A DNA stretch of 63,114 nucleotides, filler included, from Reticulomyxa filosa (taxonomy: Eukaryota; Protista; Foraminifera): the NCBI GenBank assembly GCA_000512085.1. It is 26 parts of 26 records of this genome, joined end to end, with 100 filler letters (N's around TTAATTAATTAA, not from the genome) between each part and the next. Parts side by side here need not be neighbours in the genome. Positions count along the whole stretch, not along the records: positions 12,823 to 14,873 come from ASPP01000532.1; positions 14,974 to 16,108 come from ASPP01017945.1; positions 16,209 to 17,693 come from ASPP01000066.1; positions 17,794 to 18,793 come from ASPP01034186.1; positions 18,894 to 20,250 come from ASPP01008336.1; positions 20,351 to 21,363 come from ASPP01035545.1; positions 21,464 to 22,489 come from ASPP01006822.1; positions 22,590 to 24,521 come from ASPP01050296.1; 18 more parts are not named here. One strand, written 5' to 3'. Positions 14,873-28,542 of this stretch are shown piece by piece. A program made the translations under genes and the position numbers. The notes under the pieces were generated by a model. It saw only the letters and a program-made list of their open reading frames with translations, was not told the DNA's origin and did no database searches. Numbering within the stretch: the first letter of the stretch is position 1; the number at the start of each line of letters is the position of its first letter.

Positions 14873-16927
14873 TNNNNNNNNNNNNNNNNNNNNNNNNNNN
14901 NNNNNNNNNNNNNNNNNTTAATTAATTAANNNNNNNNNNNNNNNNNNNNNNNNNNNNNNNNNNNNNNNNNNNNTGTAAAAATAAAATAAACATTGAAATG
15001 AATTAAAAGAGAATTTGAAAAAAAATAAAACAAAATATTGAATAAATGATTTGATTGACAGAGATGAAGATAATTATGAGCTTGATGCATCAATTACAAT
15101 GAGTAAAGAAGTATAGACTTTATGTTATCAATTACATAGTAAAAAATGAACTTGAAATTTCTGTTGGTCAGATTATCCTATCAAAGTAATAGTTAGCTGA
15201 AACAAAAAAGCGCTCTCCAGTTTTTTTTTAAGTTCCTTTTCCACTTTCATTTTATTTTTTTATGTTTTCTTTTGGAAAAATTGCAAAAGTTCTTTGTTTT
15301 TTGCTTCAAAAAAAAATACAAAATAAGTATCAACTGGCCTTTATAATATAAAATAAGAACATTCAACAAAATAAAAAGCAATACTATTTACATTTTCGAA
15401 TATTTTTTGCTAGACCAGAACCGGAAACATCGATCATTTTTGATTATTTTGTTGTTTTCTAGTTTGAGTAATGATTTCATTTTGATTTAAACAAACATTT
15501 GTTAGTTGAAAAAAAAAGTCTTCATCAAAGAGAAGAAAACTAGTGATGCTCATGTCAAACATTTCTGCATTACTTGAACTAATCGCTGCATAGCAAAACA
15601 TGTTCGTTTTTGTATAATTTACAAAAACAACGCAAAAAAAATTGTAAATACCGTATACTAAAAATCATAAATTTGGTTCATGTGATATCAGCAAAACAAA
15701 TAAATAAATTGTCATAGTTAAATTTACTAATGTAATAACTGATACACAAAAGCCGCAAAAAATCATTTAAACATATACATTATAATTTCATTTACAAATA
15801 AAATATTCATTTCATTGAGTACTTAATTTGCATATCATTTGTACAAAATGTTAAATGTCTAGAAATAACTAATTTGATGTAAATGCTAAAATAAATCATT
15901 TCTGATATCAATCAATGTATATTGTTTTTATTAAACAAAAATTCACTTTAAATCCCAAATAATACAACTTTACAAAAAAAAAAGATACAACAATGTTAAG
16001 AACATTCAAATTCGAGAATTGAATCTATTGTATTTTACTGGCCAACACGTTTTATAAAAATTAGTGCAACGCGTTTTCGCAATATCATTCTCAAATTTTG
16101 ATATCCTANNNNNNNNNNNNNNNNNNNNNNNNNNNNNNNNNNNNNNNNNNNNTTAATTAATTAANNNNNNNNNNNNNNNNNNNNNNNNNNNNNNNNNNNN
16201 NNNNNNNNTTTTGTTTTGTTTATTGAATCTTTGTAAAGTTAAAAAAAGTTGACCAAAGTGGTGTCATGATTTGTACTGTCTGCATGCTTGGAAAATATTT
16301 TTATGATGCCTTATGTGGGGAGTCTACAGTGAAGAGCTTCACTAAATGTAATACGAAATAGTGTTACTCTCAATGAGAGTGACTTTCAGTAAACAAAGTA
16401 AATTAAAGAATAAATCAAAGACAAAAGAAGTAAGAGAGAAAACAAGTAAGAGGTAGTTTGTTGAGGAGGTTTAACCCAAAGGGAGCTCCTCAGTTCCATA
16501 AGCGTTCAGCCATGTGTGATAAGGGCTTACCCTACACTTATTTAACCACAAAAAGATAAAAGGAAGTTCTTGGATTGCAAGCAAATCATACAATAAATAC
16601 AACAAAGATCAAAAAATGACAAACTTTCGAAAAGACAGAAATGAAGCTTACAAATAAGATTTGCGCGGAAGTTTTCTTTTAATTGCTGACATATTCATTC
16701 CTTTTGTTTGAGATGGTCTTTGATGATAAAACAAGATTTTCAAAATTACTTTGATAGTATAGAGACAGAATTGAACATTTCTGAAACTATATTCGTAATT
16801 ATTTGTACATTCATTCACAACAAGTGGGTTTTTCCTTTTTTGACGAATTTCTAAAAAGGGAGTTTGAAATTGATAATATTTAATAAAAAGCGAAAAGTAA
16901 AGAATCAAAAAAGTAAAGGCTCAGAAA

Positions 16928-17636
16928 ATGAAGAGCATGGAAGATAAAAAAGGCCAGGGTCTGAAAATTGAAGCGGTTTCAGATTCTTTTGAACAGCAAT
17001 GCTTTGACAGAAAGTGGGTTTTAAAATTGAATGATCAAGAATATCTTAATAATTTTACTTGTCTTATTTGCAGACAAATTGTAAATAGTCCAGTTGAAAT
17101 TAATTGCCCACAACATGATAATTTAGAAGAGGCACTAGTTGTTGGAGAGAGTTGTTTGACACAATTTCTTAATACTAATAATAACTCTTGTCCTATCCAA
17201 CCGCATGAAAATTGTCGATATTATAAAATCAAGTCAATGCAAAAACAAATTTCGAATTTGAGTGTGATGTGCCCAAGACAATTTCAAGAAGATATTAAAA
17301 CAGTCGATTACAGAAATGAAAAAGAAGGACAGACGGTTGGAATGACAATATGTAATTTTAAAGGAAAATTAAGGGAAGTGAATGAACATTTAAAAAATGA
17401 CTGCCCTTTGAAATTTTTAAATTGTTGGTTTAAGCCTTTTGGATGTGACCATATCTGCCCGAAATACGAATTGGAAGATCATTTGACAGCGGATATGAAA
17501 ATGCATTTTGAATTAGTGACGAAATCATTTAATTCATTGCAGCAAACAATCCAATTTTATCAAGTTTGTATTTTTTTGGTGTTTTTTTTTTTTTTTTTTA
17601 AAAAAAAGAAAAAATAATTACAAATATGTGTAATAT

Positions 17637-17667
<31 letters not shown>

Positions 17668-17693
17668 ATAAAACAGAAAGAGATTAGAAAAAA
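16928..17693 (+). CDS. Atypical RING plus TRAF-type zinc-finger protein (N-terminal part)
   Basis: CLIC..CPQH..GESC..CPIQPH..C, followed by CPRQF..CNFKG..HL..C and CWFKPFGC..HL..H fingers. Intron at 17564-17676. Confidence 0.8.
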
Positions 17694-19149
17694 NNNNNNN
17701 NNNNNNNNNNNNNNNNNNNNNNNNNNNNNNNNNNNNNTTAATTAATTAANNNNNNNNNNNNNNNNNNNNNNNNNNNNNNNNNNNNNNNNNNNNTTTTTTT
17801 CTCCTCTAAATAGAATTGATGATTCAATAACATTGAGAAAAAGAGAACAACCAAGAGATGCAGAAGGCCATGAATAAAAAATTTTTTTGATCTTGATTGA
17901 GATAAAATCAATTTCATTTTCATTTTTGTGATTTGTGATTTAAATCTCCAACTTTCATTTTTGTTTGTGAGGGATGAGATGGATGATGAGAGGGAGATTT
18001 TTTAAAATTCAAACAAATTTTTTTTCAATACATTAAAAAAAATTTCCCGTCCTAAAAGTTTTAGGAATATTAACATGCTTTTCTTTTCAACATTTTGTAT
18101 TGGCTGCTGATATTGATAATAATTATTATTCACATTTTTCTTTTTCATAACCAGTTTCTTTCGTAATGCAGTTATCCGATTTTCATTAAAATATGCACTG
18201 CCAAATACAGATATAATACAATGCTGTATGAATATGCTCCAAGCGTGTATAATTTGCTTTCGTGCCTTTCAACTTCTTCGGCAATTGTATCCTTTTTTGA
18301 CAAGTCAACGACTTTTGTGCATTTTTAGCACGTTCACAAATCCATACACGACCGCGGCCTTTTGTTTGTCTTATGTTAAACTATTTCCGTTATTTTTTAA
18401 AATTTATTTACGTAAACTAACTATAAATGCATAATAAGATGAACACAAATTTATCGTTTTCGCCATGTTATTTTTTTCTACAAATAATGAATATTCAATG
18501 TTACGAATACTATTTGTATATTAATGCTGTAGCAAATTACAAATTATAATTTAATAACTATATGGCGAAAATTCTAGACAATACATATCATTTATTTATA
18601 AATAATTAAATTTATTCTCTTAAATATACTGTTTTATTTACTGATCCAGAACAAATAAATTGACTAAATCAAATTACATAAATATTTCTACAGTGTGGGA
18701 CGTCTGCTGATAGTGTTGGTGCACTAACTGTAATACAGAGGTGTTTACTTAGAAGAGAATCGGAGTTTCGTAAAACGAAAGTGATTTAAATAANNNNNNN
18801 NNNNNNNNNNNNNNNNNNNNNNNNNNNNNNNNNNNNNTTAATTAATTAANNNNNNNNNNNNNNNNNNNNNNNNNNNNNNNNNNNNNNNNNNNNATATATA
18901 ATGAAAAAAGAAGAATTATATAATAATTTTGAAATTTTAAATAAGATGATAATTATTTTAAAAAGTATCGTGCATGTGTATTTTTTCGGGACCCCCATAT
19001 ATATAAATGCATATAAATAAATCAAAAAATCAAATTTATTTTTTGTGATTTGAAGAATATTGTTGAATGATTAGAGAAAATTTTATTTTATATATTTATT
19101 TTTTTTGATTGAAAGTGCGGAACGTAAATATAATGATGATATTATCATA

Positions 19150-20250
19150 CATATTATCTAATGAACAGATTGTTATGTCCATGAATAATACAAATTTTGG
19201 GTAAATGTTGGAATGATTGAAGTGATTTATGATCAAATGATTTTTTTTATATTATCTATTGGATAATAATATCTATCACTTGTAATGATACATTTACCAC
19301 TTATATGCCCATCTAAAATTATAATAATACCACATATTTATTAGCATTAGATTGAAGATTAAAGTCTATAATTATTTGATAAATAAAATTAATTATAGCA
19401 ATTTTTGTGATTTTTCCACACAATGATATTATTTTATAGTTGAGTTCACTTCCAAATAAACTTTTAAATTTTTTAAAGAATTTTCTACATCTGGAAGATT
19501 ATCCCGTTTTGAATTATCGTTATATTCATTGATTGAAATTATAATAACTAATCCATTTTTAATTATTTTCATTTGATTATAATCTTGTTTACAAAGTTTA
19601 ATTTTTTTTGAAGAATGAGTATGCACGTAATCATGATATTCGTTATCGTGTTTTTTTGTTTGTTCCCATGTTTTATCATTTTTCTATTTAACAAATAACA
19701 AATACATTATATATTTTTATAAATAAAACAAATAAATAATAATAATAATACAACAAAATGTTATTAGCAATATAATCAAATTGATTTAATTGATTTTTTT
19801 TCATATTCAATTGTTCTTCTTCCATATTCACTTTTTTTCTTTTCATTCCTACTTGTTCTTTTACTCCCATTTGTTTTTTTCACGTTATCACTTTCTCCTT
19901 CCATATATACTTGGATCTCTTCATTCATTTTTTCTTCAATCAACCAATTACTCAATTTGGTTTTCATGTGTATTAACAAACTGTCACCTTTTTCCTTCAA
20001 CCCTCCAATAATATGTATAAATTCATTATTCAATCAATTTAATTAATACACAATATTAGTTTATTGTTATGTTAAAACGTATATCGTTTGATAAGTATTT
20101 GTCACTAAATAATTTGATAATTTTAATTGTAAAAATCATAAGTTGTCATAAGAACTTGTATACAGATCCTTGAAAACACTTTTCTGTCGAAAAACTCAGG
20201 ATTCATATAATATTCACATATTGTTTTCTTTTAATACTATTTAGAAAAAT
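19150..20250 (-). pseudogene. Degenerate Kelch-like plus caspase-like (peptidase C14-type) gene
   Basis: EFIHIIGG..HMKTK (Kelch-type end). Then NGLVIIISINEY..NLPDV, GIIIILDGH (His at 19305-19307), IITSD..IDNIK, SFQHLPKI, read across several frameshifts. Confidence 0.6.
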
Positions 20251-20684
20251 NNNNNNNNNNNNNNNNNNNNNNNNNNNNNNNNNNNNNNNNNNNNTTAATT
20301 AATTAANNNNNNNNNNNNNNNNNNNNNNNNNNNNNNNNNNNNNNNNNNNNCCTGAGTCAAGATATAGACAATCAGTAATTCAAAAAATTGCAATTATTCA
20401 ATATTTCAGGAATAGTTTATGTTTAGATAATTCAATGAATTGTATTTACAAAAAGAAGAGATTTCGGATAGACATTACAATATTAATCCAAATTTAATTA
20501 CTTGTATGGAATTACTTTCTTTTTTATTTTCTATATAATTGATATTTATTTGATGAATTTGATTTTTTTTTGATTGCCCTTATTGATGTAATTTATTATT
20601 TGTTTGTGTTGTAATGATTCATTTTTGAAATTCTTTCATTCAAATGTTTAATTTCATCCTATTTATAATTGTGATAAAACCAGA

Positions 20685-20820
20685 CTAGATGTTGTTAATG
20701 ATCTGAAATATTTTTCAGATGATCAAACCATTTTGTCTTGCTCAAAGGCAAAAAATAGAAGTTAACGACATAGTGTCATGCTCTTCTAACTTTATGATTC
20801 AAATTTGGGGATGTGACTAA
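20685..20820 (+). pseudogene. WD40 remnant
   Basis: DVVNDLKYFSDDQTILSCS and TIVSCSSNFMIQIW in broken frames. Confidence 0.5.
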
Positions 20821-21109
20821 AACTATTTTTTAAGTTTTTGTGCAAGACAACAATGAAAGTATTATTTGTTATTTCACTTAGGTGATTATTTTGTCTTTTC
20901 TTAAACATATATTTATATCTGTTTTCAAGCATAAAACATCAGTTCTTTAAAACGAAACAAACTATGTTCAGGAGCTATTTTCTTTTAAAAATCAAGGTAT
21001 TTTTTGCTTTTTTTATCATCAGTGGTTATAGTTTGAAGAATATGCATTTTTGACCATTTTCTTCTGTCAAAATGCATTTCAGTAAAAAAAGTTCATTTTT
21101 TTAATGCAC

Positions 21110-21363
21110 ACAAACACAAGGTAACATCATTGACTCTAGATACACTGAAGAAAGTGACATAAGTGTAAGCACAAAAAGAATTCAACAAGTCCTATTTATT
21201 ATGCTTTTCAACTCTTTAAAAAACATTGAATGCAACATGCCTAAATCGAAAAAAATTATGAAATGGTTAAAACAAAAAAAAATGAAAACAATGAATTACT
21301 GCAAATTCATCGATTTAAATCCAATTGAAAATCTTTGGTGGATAGTAAAGACAATGATTCACA
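21110..21363 (+). mobile_element. Tc1/mariner-IS630 DDE transposase remnant
   Basis: KWLKQKK..DLNPIENLW (21312-21338) matches the SPDLNPIENLW hallmark around the catalytic Glu. An upstream ISVSTKRIQQVL HTH-like piece is in another frame. Confidence 0.75.
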
Positions 21364-21630
21364 NNNNNNNNNNNNNNNNNNNNNNNNNNNNNNNNNNNNN
21401 NNNNNNNTTAATTAATTAANNNNNNNNNNNNNNNNNNNNNNNNNNNNNNNNNNNNNNNNNNNNACTTCAATCTCAAATCCCGTAAAACTGTAATGGCCAA
21501 AATTAAAGAGGGAAAATTTGAAAGCTGTCCAACGTTCTGTTTGCACAACAGCAAAGTTTTGGCAAGAAAATTGTTGATGTTTTATCCTTCATTTTCTGAA
21601 CTTATTATTCAGAGGCTGTTTTGAGTATTA

Positions 21631-22418
21631 ATGAAAGGGTTACCAGTGTTTTCACAAAGAAGCAATGTTTCAAGTAATGAAATAAACTTTAGTGCAGCAC
21701 ATTTGACAAGCAAATCAAAAACAAATGAAAGCGTGGAAACACGCGATAGTGCGTTTGAAAGGAAGGGCACGTCAAGAAATGCGTGGCATTTGAGCAATGG
21801 CTATGCTAATCGGGGAGGAGTATCACACAATTACCATTTGGACTGAGAGGAAAAGATGAAGAACACACCGGGAACATTGTCAGAAAGCGAGAAGAGTACG
21901 GGAACATGAAAAGAGTTATTTACTAACAAGCACAACAATTCAAAACAAAGCAAAAACAATAACAAATGGACAAATAAACAACAAAAGGTAGAAGAGAATG
22001 CAAGCACAATAGTTTCATTGCCATCCAAACAAAGAAAAGTAGATTTGTCAAAGTGGGCAAAAAGGAAGCCGAAAGTGTCGACGGTGGGTTTCATAAAGAG
22101 CACGACGGAAGTTTCTTCACCAACGCGAAAAGGTGTGAGTTTGGACAAGTCAGCAGTACATTCATCGGTGAAAGCAAATAGTAGTCATAATAGCAATGGG
22201 GACGACAATGGCGGAAGCGTGAAGTCCTCACGACCATTGAACCCGCAACGTATGATCGCGCCAACTGGTTTGATCCGTCGAGCATACCGCAGAACCCAAG
22301 GCACTTTCAAGAACTTGCATATCGAGCCAAAGCAAGCCACGTTACCGACCCCTTCACATGCTGATAATGAGCCCTCTTCGCCGAAGCAAATTGCATTGTT
22401 TTACGGTGCTCATCCAGG
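21631..22418 (+). CDS. Hypothetical low-complexity protein (partial)
   Basis: ORFs 21631-21846 and 22018-22440 share a frame. A 111-nt GT..TACTAACAAG intron (21820-21930) removes both intervening TGA stops. Confidence 0.5.
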
Positions 22419-22456
22419 TTATATTACTCAATCAAATTAAGAAGAGAGAAAGGGGG

Positions 22457-22489
<33 letters not shown>

Positions 22490-24049
22490 NNNNNNNNNNN
22501 NNNNNNNNNNNNNNNNNNNNNNNNNNNNNNNNNTTAATTAATTAANNNNNNNNNNNNNNNNNNNNNNNNNNNNNNNNNNNNNNNNNNNNTATTATTTAAA
22601 GCATATATTTCTTTTATATAATTCTTTGTATGGTATTACTATTCATGATATAAACTAGATACTCATTTATTAAAATAATTTTTAATAGTGTAAGAATATA
22701 TTACCAGCAAGAACTTTTGTTATACGACAAGGTGTATGTATCAAAATATGCTGTTTATCATTTCATTTTCTGTCTAAATATCAAATTACACTCTAATAAA
22801 TCAGCAAAGTCAATGACAATGTTTTTGGATCATGTCCTACACATTTCAAAAATGAAGAAATGTCGTATTGATTAAAAAAGAAATTACTTTTGAGCAAACG
22901 TATTAATTGGATTAACCTCCGTAAAAAAATCGCATCCAGTGATGACCACTATATATCCCTTTCTTCGCTTCTGTATATATCTAAATGGCATTTTTTTTTT
23001 TAGTTTTGTTGTATTTCGAGTATATTTCTTCGACAATCTATATCAAACAAACAAAAAACAATCAATATGTAACATGTAATAAATAATAATAACAATTGCA
23101 ATGTTTAATCTAAACTTTATTGACTCCCGATTCTTCGATATATTCAAAATTCAAAACTAATTCTTCCACATCATCAGCGATGTGATCTTTCATGAATTTT
23201 CATAAGTGATTTCAATACGATTCACTCCCGTTTTTTTGTTACCAAAAAAAGCGCTGTTTGCTTTTTTCAATATTTTCCAACAATTTCACAAAATGTATAA
23301 CTCTTTCATATCTTTGTCAATATACGGACAAAGAAATATGAAAGTCATATTTGAAACTATATTTGAACTCCCCCCTCCCCCCCCCCAAGGCCTCCAAACG
23401 AGGCAATCATTTCTCTCGCTTCAAATGGTCCAATGGCCAATGACACACCATATCAGCGGTTCCTGCAAATGAAAAATAATCAATCCCCTGTTTTGAATTC
23501 AATTCCAAACATAATGCAAATACTTGCACACTCATGCTCGAGTGCAATAAGTAGTTGATTAGGAATTTATTGATCCATATCCCAGCTTGGTGTGCCAATT
23601 GTTTCATCATCCCTTTGGCTTCTCATTCTAAATGGCCGGCACACTGTTATCCCCATTGAATTTTGTCTTCGTGCATGTTATCCTTATTATTTTCCAAATA
23701 TTAGATTGCCTTCTTTTTGCAATAGCTCAACGCGCCGCAAACACGGCCGATGTTTTCACACTCACTCCCCACTTATCGCTTGCAAGTTTTCTTGCATTTT
23801 CGACTACCTTTTTGTTTAATACTGGCCCATCACATCTTTTCATTTTATTTTTTTTTTTTAGATCGAGTCATATCACACACCATTTAAAAAAAACAAAAAA
23901 CAGACCATATAGATTCATTTTGGATCGATGAAGTAATAACAATTTGCTAGTATCTCTGTATCTTTTGTGGTTTATATTGTTTATAGAAAATGTGTTTGCT
24001 GAAATGATCAGACTTTACACATTTGGTTTTGTGAAACTTATTTTCCAAG

Positions 24050-24520
24050 CTTCATTCACAAAGGCAACCACTTGCTGTTTTTCGTTCAACAATACTTTCC
24101 GAAATCCAAATAGGGCAATGCTTGAGTATTGCATGGCACTGTTCCATGATCTAGGACAGGATATAATCGAACACTAGCTTGATGACCTCATCAACAGCGA
24201 ACACTGCAGTTGCCAAGAAGTTTCCACTCAGCCCATTCTCCAAAGATGCATCAGTCACTGCAAGGATTAGGAACGGTAACAACGTCTTGAGTTGTTAAAG
24301 TTGAGGCACATCCGAAACCTCCCCCGCCCAATGTTGCATCACCGTTATTTCACCTTTCAACACAATTGCCAAGAGTTTGGACTCACCAGGCTGAACGTTC
24401 AAATTTTCAAAGTGCCAGTAATTGGAATGCACAACAACAATATGTGTTGTATTTTAAGTAATTGATACACGCATGTGTTTGACTGAGGTTCAATCACATT
24501 CGAGACGAATGGTAACACCG
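24050..24520 (-). pseudogene. Degenerate coding remnant, family unknown
   Basis: Frame reading GVTIRLECD*..HSNYWHFENLNVQPGESKLLAIVLKGE..VDEVIKLVFDYILS*.. is protein-like, with higher GC and four internal stops. Confidence 0.3.
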
Positions 24521-27431
24521 CNNNNNNNNNNNNNNNNNNNNNNNNNNNNNNNNNNNNNNNNNNNNTTAATTAATTAANNNNNNNNNNNNNNNNNNNNNNN
24601 NNNNNNNNNNNNNNNNNNNNNCGCATGAATTTGATCTGCTGCACATATATTTCCAATTTGTGTGACGATTTTGTTGATGATTTGTGCGATAGTTGATGTG
24701 ATGTGTTGGCCGATTTAATAATTTTTGTGATTGTTGTTGATACTGCCTTGCCACCCGTTGGACGTGGTTGTGTAAAGGTTTGTGGGGTGTTGACAGCCAA
24801 CTTTTCATATTAATGATTTGGGCGTTATTTGTGGGAAAATATTGATACAGAATGCCGCCAGCCCAGAACTTCGATCACCAAGAAAAGAGAAAAAGAGTTT
24901 TTACAACTATCTAACGACACGTTCCATAAAAAAAGAATTTGTAACTTTCAATTTTAATTAACATATTTCATCAAAATAAAATACTTTTAATTCAAATATT
25001 TGACCAAGATAACTTTACAATACTTTTCATGTCAAACAGGAAAAAAAAGTTCTAGACCAAAAAAAGTTTTTTTTCGAAGATCTAAATCTATCAACATTTG
25101 AACAAGACCTTTCAAAGGAAAACTAGTACAGCGTTATTGCTCTTTGACATCTATGACTTCCTAAGTTTTCTTAAGTTTTGCTTACGACGCTGTCACAACG
25201 AAAACACAGTCAAGAGCTCCTAAAGTTAAGTTTGATAGTGCCCACTTTGTTTTTTTGTGTGTTATTTCACAATGAAAAATTTTAACAAACCAAAAAAAAA
25301 ACAGATTTCAAAATGAAACAAAAAAGAAAGCATGAACACAAAATACAGCAACAAACCCACAGTTCACTGTGAATAAAATAAAAACAAAAGGGATGTTATT
25401 GTCTTCTATTCTGATTTGTACTCACAAACTGTTTACCTGTGAACTCGGTGACAGTTTCTTCATCGTATGTGCCACTGATAAGCCACAATACGGTTCAGAA
25501 AGTGCACCATGCTATGACGTTGATGTTGAAAGATAGTAGCATATTCGTTTTGCTACATCTTCGAGCTTATCACTGGCGCTATCGCATTCACTTAACCTTA
25601 GAAGCTTTGAGCAAATAACATGGCAGTGTGGCAATGCATACAAAGTAATAATAAAAAAAAACGAACGAAAATAAACTTTTTTTGTTGATCCTATAGTTTT
25701 TTCTTTTTGGAGCTGCACACTTTTTACATGATGCGTGTGTAGGTTAACTCATTAAGGTATAAATAGTCTTAATGATCAAATATTCTTTGACATTAATAAT
25801 TTTGTATTTTTAATTTTTTAATAATAAATGAATCGATTCAAAATTTATTTTATTTTACAAATAATTTTTTTACTTAATAGCATAACAACTTGAAAAAAAA
25901 CTTAAAATACAGTTAGTGTTTTTTTTCTGTTATAAATTGAACAGTATTTCAAGGTGAATGATGTTGACACAACATCTGAAGAAAAGTATCTATTGATTAA
26001 TGTAATTACAAAAAATATTTTATTAAATTTGAAAAAAAATCGAAATTGTGAAATTTTTTAAAAATACCAAACAATTGGAAAAACTAATAAACTGTTAAAA
26101 CAAAACACAAAAAAGGGAGAAGTATTTTCAACTCTAAATCAAGTTTTTTAATATAAAAGTTCGTCATAACATTTGATTGGATTCATCTCCGAAAATGTTT
26201 TGTTGATTCACGAGCAGCTTTAGTTTCCAACTTACAGTTTGAGCAGGATCTCAAGTTGATTGCCATTGCACACGTAGTCCCAACTGAACTGCTTCGGATA
26301 GTGATAGTCCATTTCACACCGAATTTCTCGCATATGTCGAGCAGCATAATATTTCTTTGATTTCTTCCTGTGCACATAGAATTTCTTTTCCGCTCTTGGA
26401 CAATGTCTTGATATTTTTTTAATACTTGCTGGCCATGTTTCTACTGGTACACATAAGCTTTTGCTTTTTGCAAGCAATTGATCAATGTGCGTCAATGATA
26501 TCTTAAACAATCAGGCCTCTTTAATTATAATAACTCGACACGCAACTTTGATTCTTTATGCATCGTTATTTGTGACTATATTTGGACTTGCTTGGAGGAG
26601 TGCATTTCACTTCTGCTTGTAGGCTCCGTTTCGTGTTAACATCTGCAGAAACTTTGAATATTTAAATGTCCATATTTTCAACAAGTTATTTCTTTTTTTT
26701 GTTATCAAATCATGAATGGTTGAGCTCCACTTTGTCGGATGAGCTGTTTCCGCAGATATTAATTCTTTTCCATTTTGATAGAGTGTATTTGTGTCGACAT
26801 TTTGCTCATCTTCTTCATTGTGGTCCGGTCATCTCCTATACCTGTGCTTTATTTGTTGTAACTTTAGAGAAAAAACAAATTTGATANNNNNNNNNNNNNN
26901 NNNNNNNNNNNNNNNNNNNNNNNNNNNNNNTTAATTAATTAANNNNNNNNNNNNNNNNNNNNNNNNNNNNNNNNNNNNNNNNNNNNTGATGAAGCAAGGA
27001 GTAGTTCAACACCTTCACGCCCTCCCAGTGCAAAAGCTTCAAAAAAAAACATGTATGAGAAGATTTTGTCTATGCACCTTTAAACATACTAATCTAATTC
27101 CTTGTAGCAAACAATTATGCTTCCTTTATCTACAAACTATTTTGATATTATCATTTTTTTTAGTACAATCTAAAAAAGAGCTAATATTTGAAGATTATAA
27201 AAAAAAACAACATAAATTCATAAAGTGAAACTTTATAAGTTATTAAAAATAACATAATTGTGAATGGAAGACAGCAAATCTTCGTTATTGAACCAAAATT
27301 CATCCAAACAAAATTTAAAACAACCCAGACCGAAAGTTACTTTTTGATTTTTGAAGCTATACACGTATAAAACTGCAATAACCACTTCATTGTCGAATTT
27401 TTTGACAATCAACAAAAAAAAAAACTATTGC

Positions 27432-28542
27432 TTATCTAACAAGATTAAGATTAATATCAACTTTTTTGACGGTAGAATTGATCATGCATGTGACACATAA
27501 AGCATGCAGACCAAGTCCTTGACATTTGTCCTTTCCTTCATATTTATAGCCACAAATGAGCTTGTATGGCATCAAGCCAAGCTTCAACGACCCAATTACA
27601 CACGAAACATTGATCAATATATCGACGGTCCACAAGTCATCGAAATAAACAAACACAATATTGCTTGACAGCGTTTTAAAGAGCCATAAAATTGACCAAA
27701 CTTGACTACTTATCAAAGCCGTAAGTGCGACCACAGTAATACGCGTAGCAGTGTTAAGCAGGGTATAATCCTTTTCATCAAAAATGTCACCACTTTCCAT
27801 AATGCTTTCACCTGCATGTGATTGAACATATCAAAAAAAAATCCCAAGCATCCCCTCCTCTTCTCATTGTTGTGATCTATACCATCAAAAAAAAGATTAT
27901 ATGTACGTATACAAAACTATTTGCATATGGTCTTTTCTCTTCTTGGGATTTTTGTTTGATTTCGGTTGATGCTCGAGCCACAATGATTCTCAAAAGTGCA
28001 TTGACAAATAAACACAATAAAAAAGAACTGAAGAGAAAGTCGATAGCGAATAAGGATACGTTGAAAATTAGGACCATTTGATCTCGATTGCTCTGTAGCA
28101 TTTCTGAAGTTGTAAGATCGTTACCAATGAACACACCTATCACAGCTATCAAGAGGACATAAAGAACTACGTAAATGCTCTGATGGTAATTATGTGCACT
28201 TAGTGCAAACACGTTCTTTAAACGGTCCACCCACACCAAAAAGTACATCACACGTGTGCATGTCCACGCAATATTCTCTGCTGCCACCAACGTGTTCAAT
28301 GTGTTATCATCTGCCTTTCTGAAGAAGAGTAACCACCATGTTATATCGAAAAGCGACTCTGCAACTGAAAAAGCCACAAACAAAGTTACCAGAATCTTGT
28401 ACCGGTTTACACTTCCTTCGTCTACATCTTCGTCTCTTCGCCAGTAGAAATTATAACAAACATAGAATAAAATGCCACTTACATAACAAGTTGTCCAGCC
28501 TGAAAGAGCGCCAAAAAAAAAATATTCTGGGGCTATGGACAT
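27432..28542 (-). CDS. Multi-pass (probably 7TM) membrane protein, 2 exons
   Basis: About five hydrophobic segments in exon 1 and two in exon 2. Intron ~27812-27917. VDRL follows TM3 and a Cys-rich tail ends the protein. Confidence 0.7.

Noticed and set aside
18688-18745. TACAGT..ACTGTA as Tc1-like termini
   Set aside because: Only a 6-bp inverted match, with no second copy or transposase on this contig.
21844-21909. Two in-frame TGA codons suggesting readthrough or selenocysteine
   Set aside because: Both fall within a frame-preserving GT..TACTAAC-AAG intron (21820-21930).
24050-24520. Minus-strand frame with only TGA stops and a thrombospondin-like GEWAEW..CSVRC**GHQ motif (possible TGA recoding)
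   Set aside because: A TGA/Cys-rich frame is the expected off-frame shadow of an adjacent frame with NNT-GAN/GCN/GTN codons. TGA is used as a normal stop elsewhere, e.g. 50108-50110.
22700-26880. Short ORFs in two AT-rich contigs (also 43250-44540 and 14974-16108)
   Set aside because: Many stops and no recognisable motifs. At most unidentifiable decayed genes.
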